From Vulcanimicrobiota bacterium (GTDB lineage: Bacteria; Vulcanimicrobiota; Vulcanimicrobiia; Vulcanimicrobiales; Vulcanimicrobiaceae): a stretch of 37,936 nucleotides of DNA. Of the stretch, positions 10,142 to 19,675 are shown piece after piece; the stretch's first letter is position 1, and each line of letters begins with the position of its first letter. The DNA is taken from assembly GCA_963733295.1 (NCBI GenBank), contig CAVTCS010000006.1:1-37936 (forward strand), in the 5' to 3' direction. The notes beneath the pieces were generated by a model. The model saw nothing but the letters and a program-made list of their open reading frames with translations. It made no database searches and was not told where the DNA came from. The position numbers and the translations under genes were made by a program.

Positions 10142-10189
10142 ATGGCACGTCGCCACAAAGGTGGCCGCAAGCGCCGCCACCGGAAGTAA
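10142..10189 (+). CDS. 15-aa protamine-like peptide MARRHKGGRKRRHRK
   Basis: Strong RBS AAAGGAG 7 nt before ATG; fills the gap before the scaffold gene. Confidence 0.65.
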   Translation: MARRHKGGRKRRHRK

Positions 10190-10207
10190 GCTGAAGGATG
10201 TGACCGC

Positions 10208-10879
10208 ATGAGCGTTACGGACCCACCGAACACCTCCGCCACACCACCCGTCACCGCTCCTGCGGTCACCTACCCTTCGGACTACGAAGAACTCAAAGCC
10301 GCAAAGACCGAGTACGAGAATTTCCGCGCGGCACTCGCCCCGTATGAGGACGACATTCTTCCGATCGTCCAAGACGAAGATACGCGCAAGTTCTGGCGTT
10401 CCGCACGCGAGACATACCAGCAACGCCTCGCCGCGCAAGAACCGCAACTCGACCCTGGCATCGCCAAGGTGCGAGATGAATTCAAGGCCGCTCTCGACCC
10501 GATCGTAGAGTACATCGGGTCCGAACGCAGCGCCAAAGAGCAAACAAAGAAGGCGGCAGAAGAAGCGGCCCAACGCGCGAACGTGGACTACGCACAGCGC
10601 CTGGCTGCCGAGCGTCCCGATTTGGCCGAGGATAATTTCGCGGGGATCGGGATGCTGGCCGCTTACGCCGCCAACCGTGGCGTGAGTCTCGAAGAAGCCT
10701 ACAAGACGGCCGGGTCGCGGTTCTCCGCGCCGCCCGCACGCAAAGCCCCACCCACAGCGCTCCGCGGTGACGCCGCGGCACCTGGCGTTCCCGGCGAAAG
10801 CCAAAAAGAACGCGCAACCACACTCAAGGGGCTGCGTCAGCGGCTCGCGGACAATCTCCGCTCAGGAAAGGGAAATTAG
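10208..10879 (+). CDS. Putative capsid scaffolding protein
   Basis: Helical Ala/Glu-rich protein directly upstream of the capsid gene, with SLEEAY motif and basic C-terminal helix. Confidence 0.7.
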   Translation: MSVTDPPNTSATPPVTAPAVTYPSDYEELKAAKTEYENFRAALAPYEDDILPIVQDEDTRKFWRSARETYQQRLAAQEPQLDPGIAKVRDEFKAALDPIVEYIGSERSAKEQTKKAAEEAAQRANVDYAQRLAAERPDLAEDNFAGIGMLAAYAANRGVSLEEAYKTAGSRFSAPPARKAPPTALRGDAAAPGVPGESQKERATTLKGLRQRLADNLRSGKGN

Positions 10880-10883
10880 TTAA

Positions 10884-11910
10884 ATGGCCGCTCCTAGCTT
10901 CGCGTCCGGCTATCGCTTTCACGAACACACTGAATAGCCTCAATCGGGACCACTCACTTACCGACTTTGTCATCGACCTCGTATTCCAATCCATGAAGGG
11001 CCTCAACTTCCTTCGCCAACGTGAGATGGTGGATGAAGTGGACGGCGGGCTCGCCGCAACCTGGACCGTGAACATCGGCAAATCGCCGAATACGGTCTGG
11101 TACGCCGGCGATCAAGACCTGCCGATCGGCTCGCTCAACAGCAACGTGTACACCGCCGCACTCGACTGGAAGTTCCTGGACGATGCGTTGGTCGTGCTGT
11201 TCACCGACGTGCTGATGAACGACGGCTCGCCGGATGCAGTCGCCAACTACGTCACGGCGCAACTCGACATCACCAAGATGTCGATCGTGCAAGGGCTCGC
11301 GACGGCCTGGATCACCAACACCTTCTTGCTCAATCCGCTGGCCGTTGACGGTCTGGCCGGGTCGATCGACAACGGCACGGTGGTTCCGACGTATGCGGGT
11401 ATCCCGGTGACGGCCGGTGCGGTTGGCAATCTTTGGGGTTGCTCGACGCAGACGAACTACAATGTGACAAGCGCTTTGCTTTCAAATATGCAAACGCTGG
11501 ATATCGCAGCGCAAATCGACAACGCACGGCCGGACTTCTATATGACCAACCGGCTGAATTACGCGTCGGTCATCGCGTTGCTCACCACTCTGGACAGGTA
11601 CATCCAACCTGACCTCGCGCGAACGACCGGCTCCGTGGACGTGTCGTTCAACTCAGGCCCCTTGTTCATCGACTCGAATGTGCCGACAGGCGTGATCTCG
11701 CCGTCTAGCGGGTCGGGCTCAGGGGGCTTCATCTACGGGCTCAACAGCCGCTACCTCAAGCTGGTCGTTCTACGCGGCGCGTACTTCGACGTTGAGGAAT
11801 GGCAGAAGTCGCAAACCAACAATACCTACTTCACCCGTATCCATTTGGGCTGCAACATTGTCAACTTCAAACCGGCAGCGCATTGGGTCCTTTGGAACTC
11901 TGGAGGCTAG
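10884..11910 (+). CDS. Major capsid protein (HK97 fold); 1-nt indel near 10911
   Basis: ATG 10884 MAAPSFASG joins frame IAFTNTLNSLNRDH..FVIDLVFQSMKG; contains DGLAG..DNGT..TYAGI, PDFYMTN, FIDSNVP, IYGLNSRYL. Confidence 0.85.
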
Positions 11911-11913
11911 ATA

Positions 11914-12165
11914 ATGGCAAAGCAAGGTCACGACACACGGGATACGGCAGCGAAGAAAGCCAGCCGCGAGGCGGTTGTCACGAGCGGAGGCATCGAAACG
12001 CAAGTCGAGGGCTTTCACGGTAACCTCACGACTTCTTCACCGTTCCGTTCAACCTACGGAAACCACAAAGTCATGGGATCTGAAATGCTGCCCACGCAAG
12101 GTGCGAAGGGTCGCGGCGGTTCCAAGACTTTCTTTCGCAACAAACTGAACACCGGGGGAAATTAA
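11914..12165 (+). CDS. Hypothetical small virion-associated protein
   Basis: GGAGG RBS; immediately follows the capsid gene. Confidence 0.6.
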   Translation: MAKQGHDTRDTAAKKASREAVVTSGGIETQVEGFHGNLTTSSPFRSTYGNHKVMGSEMLPTQGAKGRGGSKTFFRNKLNTGGN

Positions 12166-12169
12166 CTAG

Positions 12170-13051
12170 ATGAGTACCGGCAAAGGCCCATCCCGAGTAA
12201 CTGACGGCCCCTATGCAAATTGGGGCGTCGATGACGAACAGTGTCAGATGGTGCTGGCTTCGGGCAGCACGGTCAAGATCGGCCAGCCGGTAGCTCTGGA
12301 TGCAACCCAGCTCGGCCCGGATAACAACGTTCCCAACAACGCCGCGGCTCTACCGCTCTGCGAACGAGTCGTTGCAATGACTTCCGCGAATGCCGGACCC
12401 GCGTTCGGCGTCGTGACGGTCGTCAACATCGGCGGCATACCTCCAACGAAGATGCCGCTGAGCTACGTGAACGGCGTGCCGACCTACACGAACAACACCG
12501 GCTCGACGGCGACCGTGTTCCTCACGGTCTGCCAACTCGGCTTCGCGTACGTCTGGACCGGCGCATCGTCCGTCACGGCCAACACGGCAGTCACCATTGG
12601 AGCGAAGCTCATTTCGAGTTCCAGCTTCAACTTCGCCATCGCTGGCTCGGCGGCTATCGGCACGACGATCGGTTACGCCATCAACACGGCCATCAACACG
12701 ACGGAGCAAGCGCTCACGGTTCCTAACGTCAATAGTACGGGCGTGCTCGGCATAGCCGGCGCACCTCAGGGTCCCGGCGTTGTCTCGATCGTGCCGGGCT
12801 CGATGGTCGGCGTGACGCCAAACACGATCGTGCTCATCGACACGCTCGGGTCCGGTGTGCAAGAAGCCGTTTCGGTCGGTTCCATTTCGTATCCCACCTT
12901 TGCCGTCGCTCTGGCGAATGCTCACGGAGGCGGGTTCCGTATCACGGGTCCGGCAACGAACCCTGCATTCGGCGGCGTGCTCATCTCGGTCCCGGCCAAC
13001 GCGCTGCAGTACAGTTCGCTCGTTGCTGCGTACGTCAACGTCGGAGCGTAA
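12170..13051 (+). CDS. Putative capsid decoration/cement protein
   Basis: VKIGQPVALD..., FGVV, VCQLG pattern; Gly/Thr/Val-rich beta protein after the capsid gene. Confidence 0.6.
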   Translation: MSTGKGPSRVTDGPYANWGVDDEQCQMVLASGSTVKIGQPVALDATQLGPDNNVPNNAAALPLCERVVAMTSANAGPAFGVVTVVNIGGIPPTKMPLSYVNGVPTYTNNTGSTATVFLTVCQLGFAYVWTGASSVTANTAVTIGAKLISSSSFNFAIAGSAAIGTTIGYAINTAINTTEQALTVPNVNSTGVLGIAGAPQGPGVVSIVPGSMVGVTPNTIVLIDTLGSGVQEAVSVGSISYPTFAVALANAHGGGFRITGPATNPAFGGVLISVPANALQYSSLVAAYVNVGA

Positions 13052-13055
13052 GCGC

Positions 13056-13196
13056 ATGAAAGACGGATCGGAAAACGAGGGCACGTTCGGCCGCCACGAC
13101 GAGAAAGACGGGCTGGAGGACGGCGGTGGCCGTCACTCCGGCCGCAAGAAGCATGGCCGTAAGAAAAAGCATCGCAAGATGGGAGGCCGCAAGTAA
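13056..13196 (+). CDS. 46-aa protein with acidic N-half and Lys/Arg/His-rich C-half
   Basis: MKDGSENEG...GRHSGRKKHGRKKKHRKMGGRK*; GGAG RBS. Confidence 0.6.
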   Translation: MKDGSENEGTFGRHDEKDGLEDGGGRHSGRKKHGRKKKHRKMGGRK

Positions 13197-13258
13197 TGGC
13201 TCCAGGAGCTCGGCGTATGATTCGGATGTCCAAACGCAAAGTAAGGCGGCGTAGATGA
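13196..13258 (+). CDS. 20-aa Arg-rich peptide MAPGARRMIRMSKRKVRRRR
   Basis: GGAGG RBS; TAATG overlap upstream and ATGA overlap downstream. Confidence 0.6.
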   Translation: MAPGARRMIRMSKRKVRRRR

Positions 13259-14007
13259 TCAAGCCGATGGAACCCATCATCATTGTGGATTGGGACAGGG
13301 TCACGCATGTGCGCGTCACGCTTGAAGAAGCGTGGCGTGGCGGCGGCCTGCGCTGGCGGCAAGGCACGACCGAACCGCGTCAGAACTTCAGCTTCAACCC
13401 ACACGACCCGGACTCGGATGGGCCCTGGTATTCGGGCATGCCGATCATGTACCCGGAGAGCGGGCCAGCGATTGCCGGCGACCCGGAACGCGATAGCTTC
13501 ATTATGCCGGCCAACGTGGCCGCGCGCATTCAATCGCGTAGCGGCGAGATTATCCCGGACGTCCGGCAGCACGCCGCGTTCATCGCCTTCGGCTACTTCA
13601 TGGCTCCGCTCACCGAGGGGAAGCGTGGTGTGGTCGGGTTCACGCAATCGAACGAACGGCCGCGCATCGCGTCTTTCTGGCATTGGTACGAGATGCCGAA
13701 TATCCCTGATGACCGCAAGAACATGTCGCGCATTGGGCCCCCTGCGGTTCCCAAGGTCGCGATTCGGCCGCTCAATCAGTCGATGCTCCCGCTCAAACAC
13801 GAAGGCGAGGAGATCGTCATTCGCCCGTTCTCGTTCTGGAAGTTCGATGACGCTGCGCTGTACGAGCCGATTCCTCCGGGCCACATTCCGCCCAGGAAAG
13901 TCGGGAGCCCATCCTCGGCAAGCCTCTTGGAGAGCCTGGCCCCAGAGGAGATAGAAGCGTTGCGCGAGATGCTCAAAGGGAGAGTAGCCGTTGCGAAAAG
14001 CAAGTAA
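13255..14007 (+). CDS. Hypothetical protein (head-tail region)
   Basis: 250-aa ORF, coupled start. Confidence 0.7.
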   Translation: MIKPMEPIIIVDWDRVTHVRVTLEEAWRGGGLRWRQGTTEPRQNFSFNPHDPDSDGPWYSGMPIMYPESGPAIAGDPERDSFIMPANVAARIQSRSGEIIPDVRQHAAFIAFGYFMAPLTEGKRGVVGFTQSNERPRIASFWHWYEMPNIPDDRKNMSRIGPPAVPKVAIRPLNQSMLPLKHEGEEIVIRPFSFWKFDDAALYEPIPPGHIPPRKVGSPSSASLLESLAPEEIEALREMLKGRVAVAKSK

Positions 14008-14227
14008 GCCGGAGAACCGCCCCGCGTCAATCGGCTTCCCGAATCCCGACGTGCAGATCGATTCCCACAACGTCTATCCCGAACGTATCCGTAAAGGCTA
14101 CGTGCAGGGCTCGGCCGATTTGGAATACGGCATGGTCGACGGCTTTCGCTTTGGGATTACCGATACGGGGATGCGGCACATCCAGTCCAAGCTCGGCCGT
14201 AAGGTCCGCGAAACAACGACTGAGTAG
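13991..14227 (+). CDS. Hypothetical protein
   Basis: ORF track; GGGAG RBS. Confidence 0.55.
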   Translation: MRKASKPENRPASIGFPNPDVQIDSHNVYPERIRKGYVQGSADLEYGMVDGFRFGITDTGMRHIQSKLGRKVRETTTE

Positions 14228-14230
14228 CCC

Positions 14231-15064
14231 ATGACGCTGGGCGACATCTCGAATCTGGTGCTCATCGAACTCCAGCAATCGGGAGCGCAGTTCGTCACGG
14301 GCGGCGCGACGGCACCCGGTCCGAATTGGGCCGGAGTCCAAAACCCGCAGTACAGCCAAGGCCTGGTTGAGTTCGCGGTCAAACGAAGGCTACAAGAAGA
14401 TGATGGGCGACATCGAGATGCTCGAACTCGCGCTCATCGACTACACGTTCTCTCTCGACCACGCGACGTACATTTACCCGTTCCCGCCGGCGCCGACCGC
14501 GGCGCTCGTGTTCCCGGAAGTCTCGCATATCGCGCGCATCTATTACAATCCGTTCGGCTTGCTCTATACGCGCGAGTTCCGGCCGGGAACAGAGCTTGTG
14601 TCGTGGGCGAAGTTCCAGCGCGTCACGGGCCAGGGCTATCTTTTGCCGTACAGTTCGGTACGCAGCCGACTTGGGCGACGGTGGATCCGCTGCGCCAGAA
14701 ATCTATTTCTATCCCGGCAGTGCGAGAAGCGGAGACACGATCACCGTCCATTATTCACCCATTCCCACGAACTGTTTTATGAAGTCGAATGTGGAGATCG
14801 CACCGACGGATTGCCCGATTCTCGTGAATTCGACCGACACCCCGATCACGCCGTGCGAGACGCACATGGCGATCTTCTACTATGCGCTCATGCGCTTGTC
14901 TGTGGATTCGCGCGCGTGAGGCGGACCAAGCCAAAGTCAGCCGGGCCATGTACGACGCCGAGATCAAGCTCAGATCAAGGACAAGTACACAAAGATTAAC
15001 TCACGCGGACACGATAACCGTCGAGCCGTTCATGGACAGTCTCGCTATCGGCGGGCCGAGGTAG
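14231..15064 (+). CDS. Head-tail adaptor / tail tubular protein A-like (several frameshifts)
   Basis: MTLGDI...NEGYKKM...IYFYPGS...ITVHY...PITPCETHMAIFYYAL, spread over ORFs at 14231, 14367, 14596 and 14882. Confidence 0.65.
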
Positions 15065-15068
15065 ACGT

Positions 15069-16910
15069 GTGCCGACTCCGTTCAACAAAGACGAGATCGC
15101 AGCCCAACAGTACATCGCTTACCTCGACTTGTCGGGTGGGCGGAACACGAAGCGCGATCCGCACGCACTCGATCGGAACCAACTCGTTCAATCCGACAAC
15201 ACCTGGATGGCGCAGGGAAACACCATCCAGAAACGGCCGGGCTCGGTCGGCATCTCCATTCAGCCGTACAACCCAAACTCCATGCCGTCACTGCCGTTCG
15301 TATCGGCCGGCGCGGTTGGAAGCAGCGTGCCGTATCAAGCGATGGTCGAAGGACGCTTCTTCGATACCACTGCGCTTGTCGTTCTAGGAACGAACGAGAA
15401 CTTGTACGCCGCACCCATCACGAACCCGGCCGTCAGCACGACGCCGCCGCAGTGGAATCGCATCTTCACGTACATCAACCAGACGCCGACCTTCATCCAG
15501 GCGGTGCAGCTCTTTGACCCGGACCCAACCGCTGCGACCGTAGGCCAGGGCCCAGACGGCACGCTGTTCATCACAAGCGGCACGCAGGTTCCGATCCGCT
15601 GGGGTGGTCCGGGCAATCTCGCGCAGCCAGTCGTATCGGCCCAGCTTCCGCTCAAGACGGGCGCAAGTGGTCCCATCACGCCGAAGTATTGCGCCACGCT
15701 GTTCTCCAGCTTGTTCTATGCAGGAGAGCCGAGTGACCCGTGCGCGGTGTACGTGAGCAATCCGTTCTTGCCGCAGCAGTTCACGACGAACATCACGGTG
15801 CCCAATCCCCTCGTCACGCAGAACTCGTACATCCCGGTGTACGCCGGGCGTGGCGACGGCATTGACGGCGGGAACATCACGGGGCTCAAGCCGCTCGGCC
15901 AGGCGATGATCATCTACAAAGAGTCCTCGATCTACTACATGTACAACGTCAGCCTGTTGAGCGAAATGCTCTGGGCCGTTGCGCTCGGCTCGGCGTCAGT
16001 CGGCATGACGGCTCCGGGATCGCTCGTCGCATTCGATACGTTCCACTGCTTCCTCGGCATTGACGGCGTTTACACGTTCGACGGCACCAACACGCGCAAG
16101 ATCAGCGAGAACAACCCGGACCTTTTCGACGGGCCGACCGCACAAATCCTCAACCGGCAGACGGCAGTCGGCGTGCGCTACGGGAACCGCTATATCATCT
16201 TCTTCGATAACGGTGCTGGCTACCCGAATATCGGCGCGTGGTTCGACTTCGGCAAGCCGGACGTGGACGGGTACCCGGCAGTCGGAACGATCTCGGGCAT
16301 GGCCGTGGCCGGGCTGGCTCCGCTGCGTGGCCCCAAGGACCTCGGCAACTTCGCTTGGGCCAACGCTCTGCAAGACCTCGTCGGCGTGTTCAACGGGTCC
16401 AACGGCGTGTTCTTGGTGACCTCCGACTTCGGAGCGCCGATCGCTACGACGGTGCAAGGCAAGGCGGACTACTTCGCGGATGTCTGGGGCAACGAGGCGG
16501 TGGTTGATTACAAGGTGGCCGATTCCGTGCAGATGCTCTTTTCGTTCCCGATCGTGCAGACGGGTCAGGGTTACACGTTCCAATCGAACATGACCTACGA
16601 CCAGAGCAACGTCGCGAGTGGGTCGGCTGTGTCTCCGCAACTGCCGCCTCCGAACGCCGGGCTCATCGGCATAACCTTTACGATTGGCGTGTCGGGAATC
16701 GGCGTGGCCATCTCGTCCCCGACGTATGAGATTCTCAACGTCTACATGCAAGGCTCGCCGCCTGGGCAGCAGCCGCAACCTTCGCAGCCAGCCATCGGCA
16801 CGATCTTGCAGTTCGGCTGGGCCGAGTCGAGCATCTATCCGTGGACGTCACTCGGTTATAGCATCATCGCCAATCGTCAAGCGCGGCCAGGGCCGCCGGG
16901 GAGTTCGTAA
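15069..16910 (+). CDS. Tail nozzle / DNA-stabilisation protein (P22 gp10 or tubular protein B-like)
   Basis: DLSGGRN...IQKRPG N-terminus; beta-propeller repeats ITGLKPLG..MIIYKESSIY, FLGIDGVYTFDG. Confidence 0.8.
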   Translation: MPTPFNKDEIAAQQYIAYLDLSGGRNTKRDPHALDRNQLVQSDNTWMAQGNTIQKRPGSVGISIQPYNPNSMPSLPFVSAGAVGSSVPYQAMVEGRFFDTTALVVLGTNENLYAAPITNPAVSTTPPQWNRIFTYINQTPTFIQAVQLFDPDPTAATVGQGPDGTLFITSGTQVPIRWGGPGNLAQPVVSAQLPLKTGASGPITPKYCATLFSSLFYAGEPSDPCAVYVSNPFLPQQFTTNITVPNPLVTQNSYIPVYAGRGDGIDGGNITGLKPLGQAMIIYKESSIYYMYNVSLLSEMLWAVALGSASVGMTAPGSLVAFDTFHCFLGIDGVYTFDGTNTRKISENNPDLFDGPTAQILNRQTAVGVRYGNRYIIFFDNGAGYPNIGAWFDFGKPDVDGYPAVGTISGMAVAGLAPLRGPKDLGNFAWANALQDLVGVFNGSNGVFLVTSDFGAPIATTVQGKADYFADVWGNEAVVDYKVADSVQMLFSFPIVQTGQGYTFQSNMTYDQSNVASGSAVSPQLPPPNAGLIGITFTIGVSGIGVAISSPTYEILNVYMQGSPPGQQPQPSQPAIGTILQFGWAESSIYPWTSLGYSIIANRQARPGPPGSS

Positions 16911-17471
16911 ATGGGAGCCGTTACCACACAGACCTTCGTTTTCTTCCAAGGCGCGATCCCAACGGTCACGCAGTGGAACTCGAACTTCGTCACGCTGTTC
17001 TCGAACTTCACGAACATCGACCAGAACAACATCGGCCCGGCTGGACTCTTGGCGAGCCAGATCAAACCGAGCGGCATCCCGAGCGCGACGTTCGGCGGCA
17101 GCGCGCAGTACACGTTCCCGGCGGGAGTGCAGTCCGTTCAGGGCGGCGCGGGCGGCCCGCTCGTTCCGACCTATACCAACGGCGGGATCGGCGTGGCCAG
17201 TACCGTGCACCAGTCTTTTGGGACGGTCACTCTTACGACTGTTACCTCAGGAGCAAGCGCCGCGAGTGCCGTGTCACTCACGGGAGCATCGGCATTCTCG
17301 ACCTCTAGCTCGTATGTCGTATTCGCTCAGTTGCAAGGCGGCTCGTCCGGCGGGGCTGTGACCATCACGGCGGCACCAATTAGCACTGGTTCGTTCTTGT
17401 TGACGCTCTACAACAACACGGGCGTCACTATCACCAGCCCCGTGGTTTCATGGCTCGCAATCGGCACATGA
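16911..17471 (+). CDS. Ser/Thr-rich tail protein (needle or fibre adaptor)
   Basis: WNSNF N-terminal motif; C-terminal 'VSWLAIG' typical of gp53/H-type-lectin-like fibre tips. Confidence 0.6.
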   Translation: MGAVTTQTFVFFQGAIPTVTQWNSNFVTLFSNFTNIDQNNIGPAGLLASQIKPSGIPSATFGGSAQYTFPAGVQSVQGGAGGPLVPTYTNGGIGVASTVHQSFGTVTLTTVTSGASAASAVSLTGASAFSTSSSYVVFAQLQGGSSGGAVTITAAPISTGSFLLTLYNNTGVTITSPVVSWLAIGT

Positions 17472-17896
17472 CCAAGAGTTACATCCGCATCGCCACCGAA
17501 GCCGACTGGCCTGCCATTGAGTCCTGGCGAGCCGGGCATTTTCTGGAGATGGCAGCGCGCATGAAGATCCCTCGATCGGTCACGGGTCAAAAAGACCTCA
17601 CGAACGCCGAGTGGATCGTGATCGAGCGGGACGGGCGTCCGGTGGCAGCCACGAGCTTTACCGTCGAGGACGACGTTTGCTTCGGGCACGATATGTACGC
17701 GGCGTCTGGGCACGTCCTGGATGGCCTGGCGCTGGGGCGAGCGCTTGAGGCGATGTGCGACCGTGAGGGCTGGGAATTGCGCGCGCACACGGACCCGGAG
17801 AACACCGCATATATCCGCATTCTCAAAGGACGGGGCTTCGTCCACGTTTCTAGCGAATACAAACGAGCACCAAGGGGGGCACATGGGAGCCAGTAA
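17468..17896 (+). CDS. GNAT-fold-like protein
   Basis: IRIATEADWPAI...; ENTAYIRILKGRGF; sits between tail and ejection genes as in many podoviruses. Confidence 0.6.
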   Translation: MTKSYIRIATEADWPAIESWRAGHFLEMAARMKIPRSVTGQKDLTNAEWIVIERDGRPVAATSFTVEDDVCFGHDMYAASGHVLDGLALGRALEAMCDREGWELRAHTDPENTAYIRILKGRGFVHVSSEYKRAPRGAHGSQ

Positions 17897-18237
17897 CAAC
17901 GCTCAAGGCCAGAACGCTGGCGCACGGCAGCAGATCAACCAGCAGACGACGCAGGCTGGGCAGCGACTCATGGAGTACTTGAGCCAGAATCCAGAATCCT
18001 GCAAGGCGCGCCGACTCCGCGGCTCCGGGCCGCGTTCAGCCGGGTCGGGATGCCGCCCGCCGCACCGACTCCCAAGGCTCGCGGGAGCATCACGCCGCAA
18101 TGGGCCTGGCTCAGCCAGGGATGGGTGGCGTGAACGGACAGCGACCGCAGATACAAGCTCCACAGCAAGGCCAGCCGAACGGCACTTCCCCGCAAGTCAT
18201 GAGCGCACTGATGATGAAAATGCGCGGGGGGCAGTAA
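17883..18237 (+). CDS. Gln/Pro-rich internal virion protein (frameshifted)
   Basis: MGASNNAQGQNAG...SALMMKMRGGQ*; TAATG coupling to the next gene. Confidence 0.5.
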
Positions 18238-18952
18238 TGGCAGGTATGCCCCGAGGTGCAGGGCCAGCAGCAGAATCCAAATCTGCCCAACCCCAATCCG
18301 AATCAGCCGAATCCGAATCAGAATCCGTACGCAGGCCAAGCCGAACGGGCAGCAAGGCGCGGGAGCGGGTTACACGCAGCCGGGCTATGTCCCACATGGC
18401 GGCTTCAATCCGAATCAGCCACCATCCAGCATCTTAGCCAAGGATTCGCCCGCGAGCGACGCAAACGACAGAATCACTCAATCAAACGCTGGCGGACTTC
18501 GGCATAAACGGCGGTCAGGCAGTCGACGCGATGGGCGAATCTGCAGTCGCAACTGCTCGGCCCGATGCTCCCACGATAGCGAACGCGATTCAGAACAGCC
18601 AGCAGATGCAACTCCAAGGCGGCGAGTTCAACGATGGCTCCTACAATCAGTGCTCAAGCGCAGCAACTCGGCGATTGTTCAACCAATGGGGCCATCAATT
18701 CGGCGCGTTTAACAACATCATCAGTCAAGGTCAAGGCGCGGGCAACCAAAACGCCAACCAGTACGGGTCGACCATCACGCAGACGCCGAGCATCTGGCAG
18801 ATGCATCATGCAGGGCTTAGGAGCAGCGGGGCGGGCCGGCAGGGGGCCGCTGGCGGCGGGGGTTTTAGCGGGCCCGGGGGCGGGCGCCGCTCCCGGGCTA
18901 CGGCGAGAACACGAGCCCAGGATACCAAGGTGAAGGCGGGGCTCCGTACTGA
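18237..18952 (+). CDS. Gln/Asn/Gly-rich DNA ejection (pilot) protein (multiple frameshifts)
   Basis: QQQNPNLPNPNPNQPNPNQNP repeat, AFNNIISQGQGAGNQNANQYGST; TGATG coupling to the next gene. Confidence 0.5.
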
Positions 18953-19675
18953 TGCCCGGTTCTTCAAGGCGACCAGCCAGCCGGCGACATCATCGGGGGC
19001 ATCCTCGGGACAGTCGGCTCATTCATGCAAGGCCAGCAGCAAGCGAAGGCGCAGAAAGCCGAGCAGGCGCGGCAAGCGGCTCTCGATGCTCAGGCGGTTT
19101 CGGAAGCGATGCAGCGTCATGCCGAGGAGCAGGCGCGCGAGACAACGGCACAGGGCGAACTCGGCATTCAGCAAGGCGAGCTCGGGCTGCGTCAGCAAGA
19201 GCAAGTCGAAAAAGAGAAGCAAGACGCGGCCACCCGTTTGCACCAGCAGACGCTGGACGCGCTGGCTAAGGCGAAGGCCGATCTCCAAAAGCACCACGAC
19301 GCGATTCTGGAACAACAGGCCGAGCAAAAGATTCGGAACGCCTTCACCGAGGGGATGGCGCGCATTCACGCTTCGACCGATTCCGCGTCTATTCACGCGA
19401 ACGCAAGCATTGCATCCGCTTCGATTCATGCCGCAGCCGAAGTGCAGTCGGCGGGCATCCGTGAGGGCGGATCGATGGAACGGCTCAAGTACAGCACCGC
19501 CCATCCGAAGGCCGCAGCAGCGGCCAAAGCTCCGACCGGATTGGCTACGACGTTGCGGTCGGTGGTAACCCAGACAAAACAGGCGAACCCTGACGTCACC
19601 AACGCGCAGTTGCGCGCGGCCGCCAAGCAAGAGCATTACCCCGATTCGGTCATTAACCAAGTGCTGCCGCCGTGA
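18952..19675 (+). CDS. Coiled-coil internal virion / ejection protein
   Basis: Ala/Gln-rich helical protein (ORF 19025-19675 plus frameshifted N-terminus). Confidence 0.6.

Noticed and set aside
10884..10993. Programmed frameshift at the capsid gene start
   Set aside because: No slippery sequence; one extra base explains it, and similar indels occur genome-wide
18273..18327. aatccg/aatcag tandem-like repeat as a DNA element
   Set aside because: Explained by the NPNQ low-complexity coding repeat
14231..19025. Pseudogenised tail and ejection genes (defective prophage)
   Set aside because: Breaks are small indels with otherwise intact coding signal, there is no host flank, and the contig is circular
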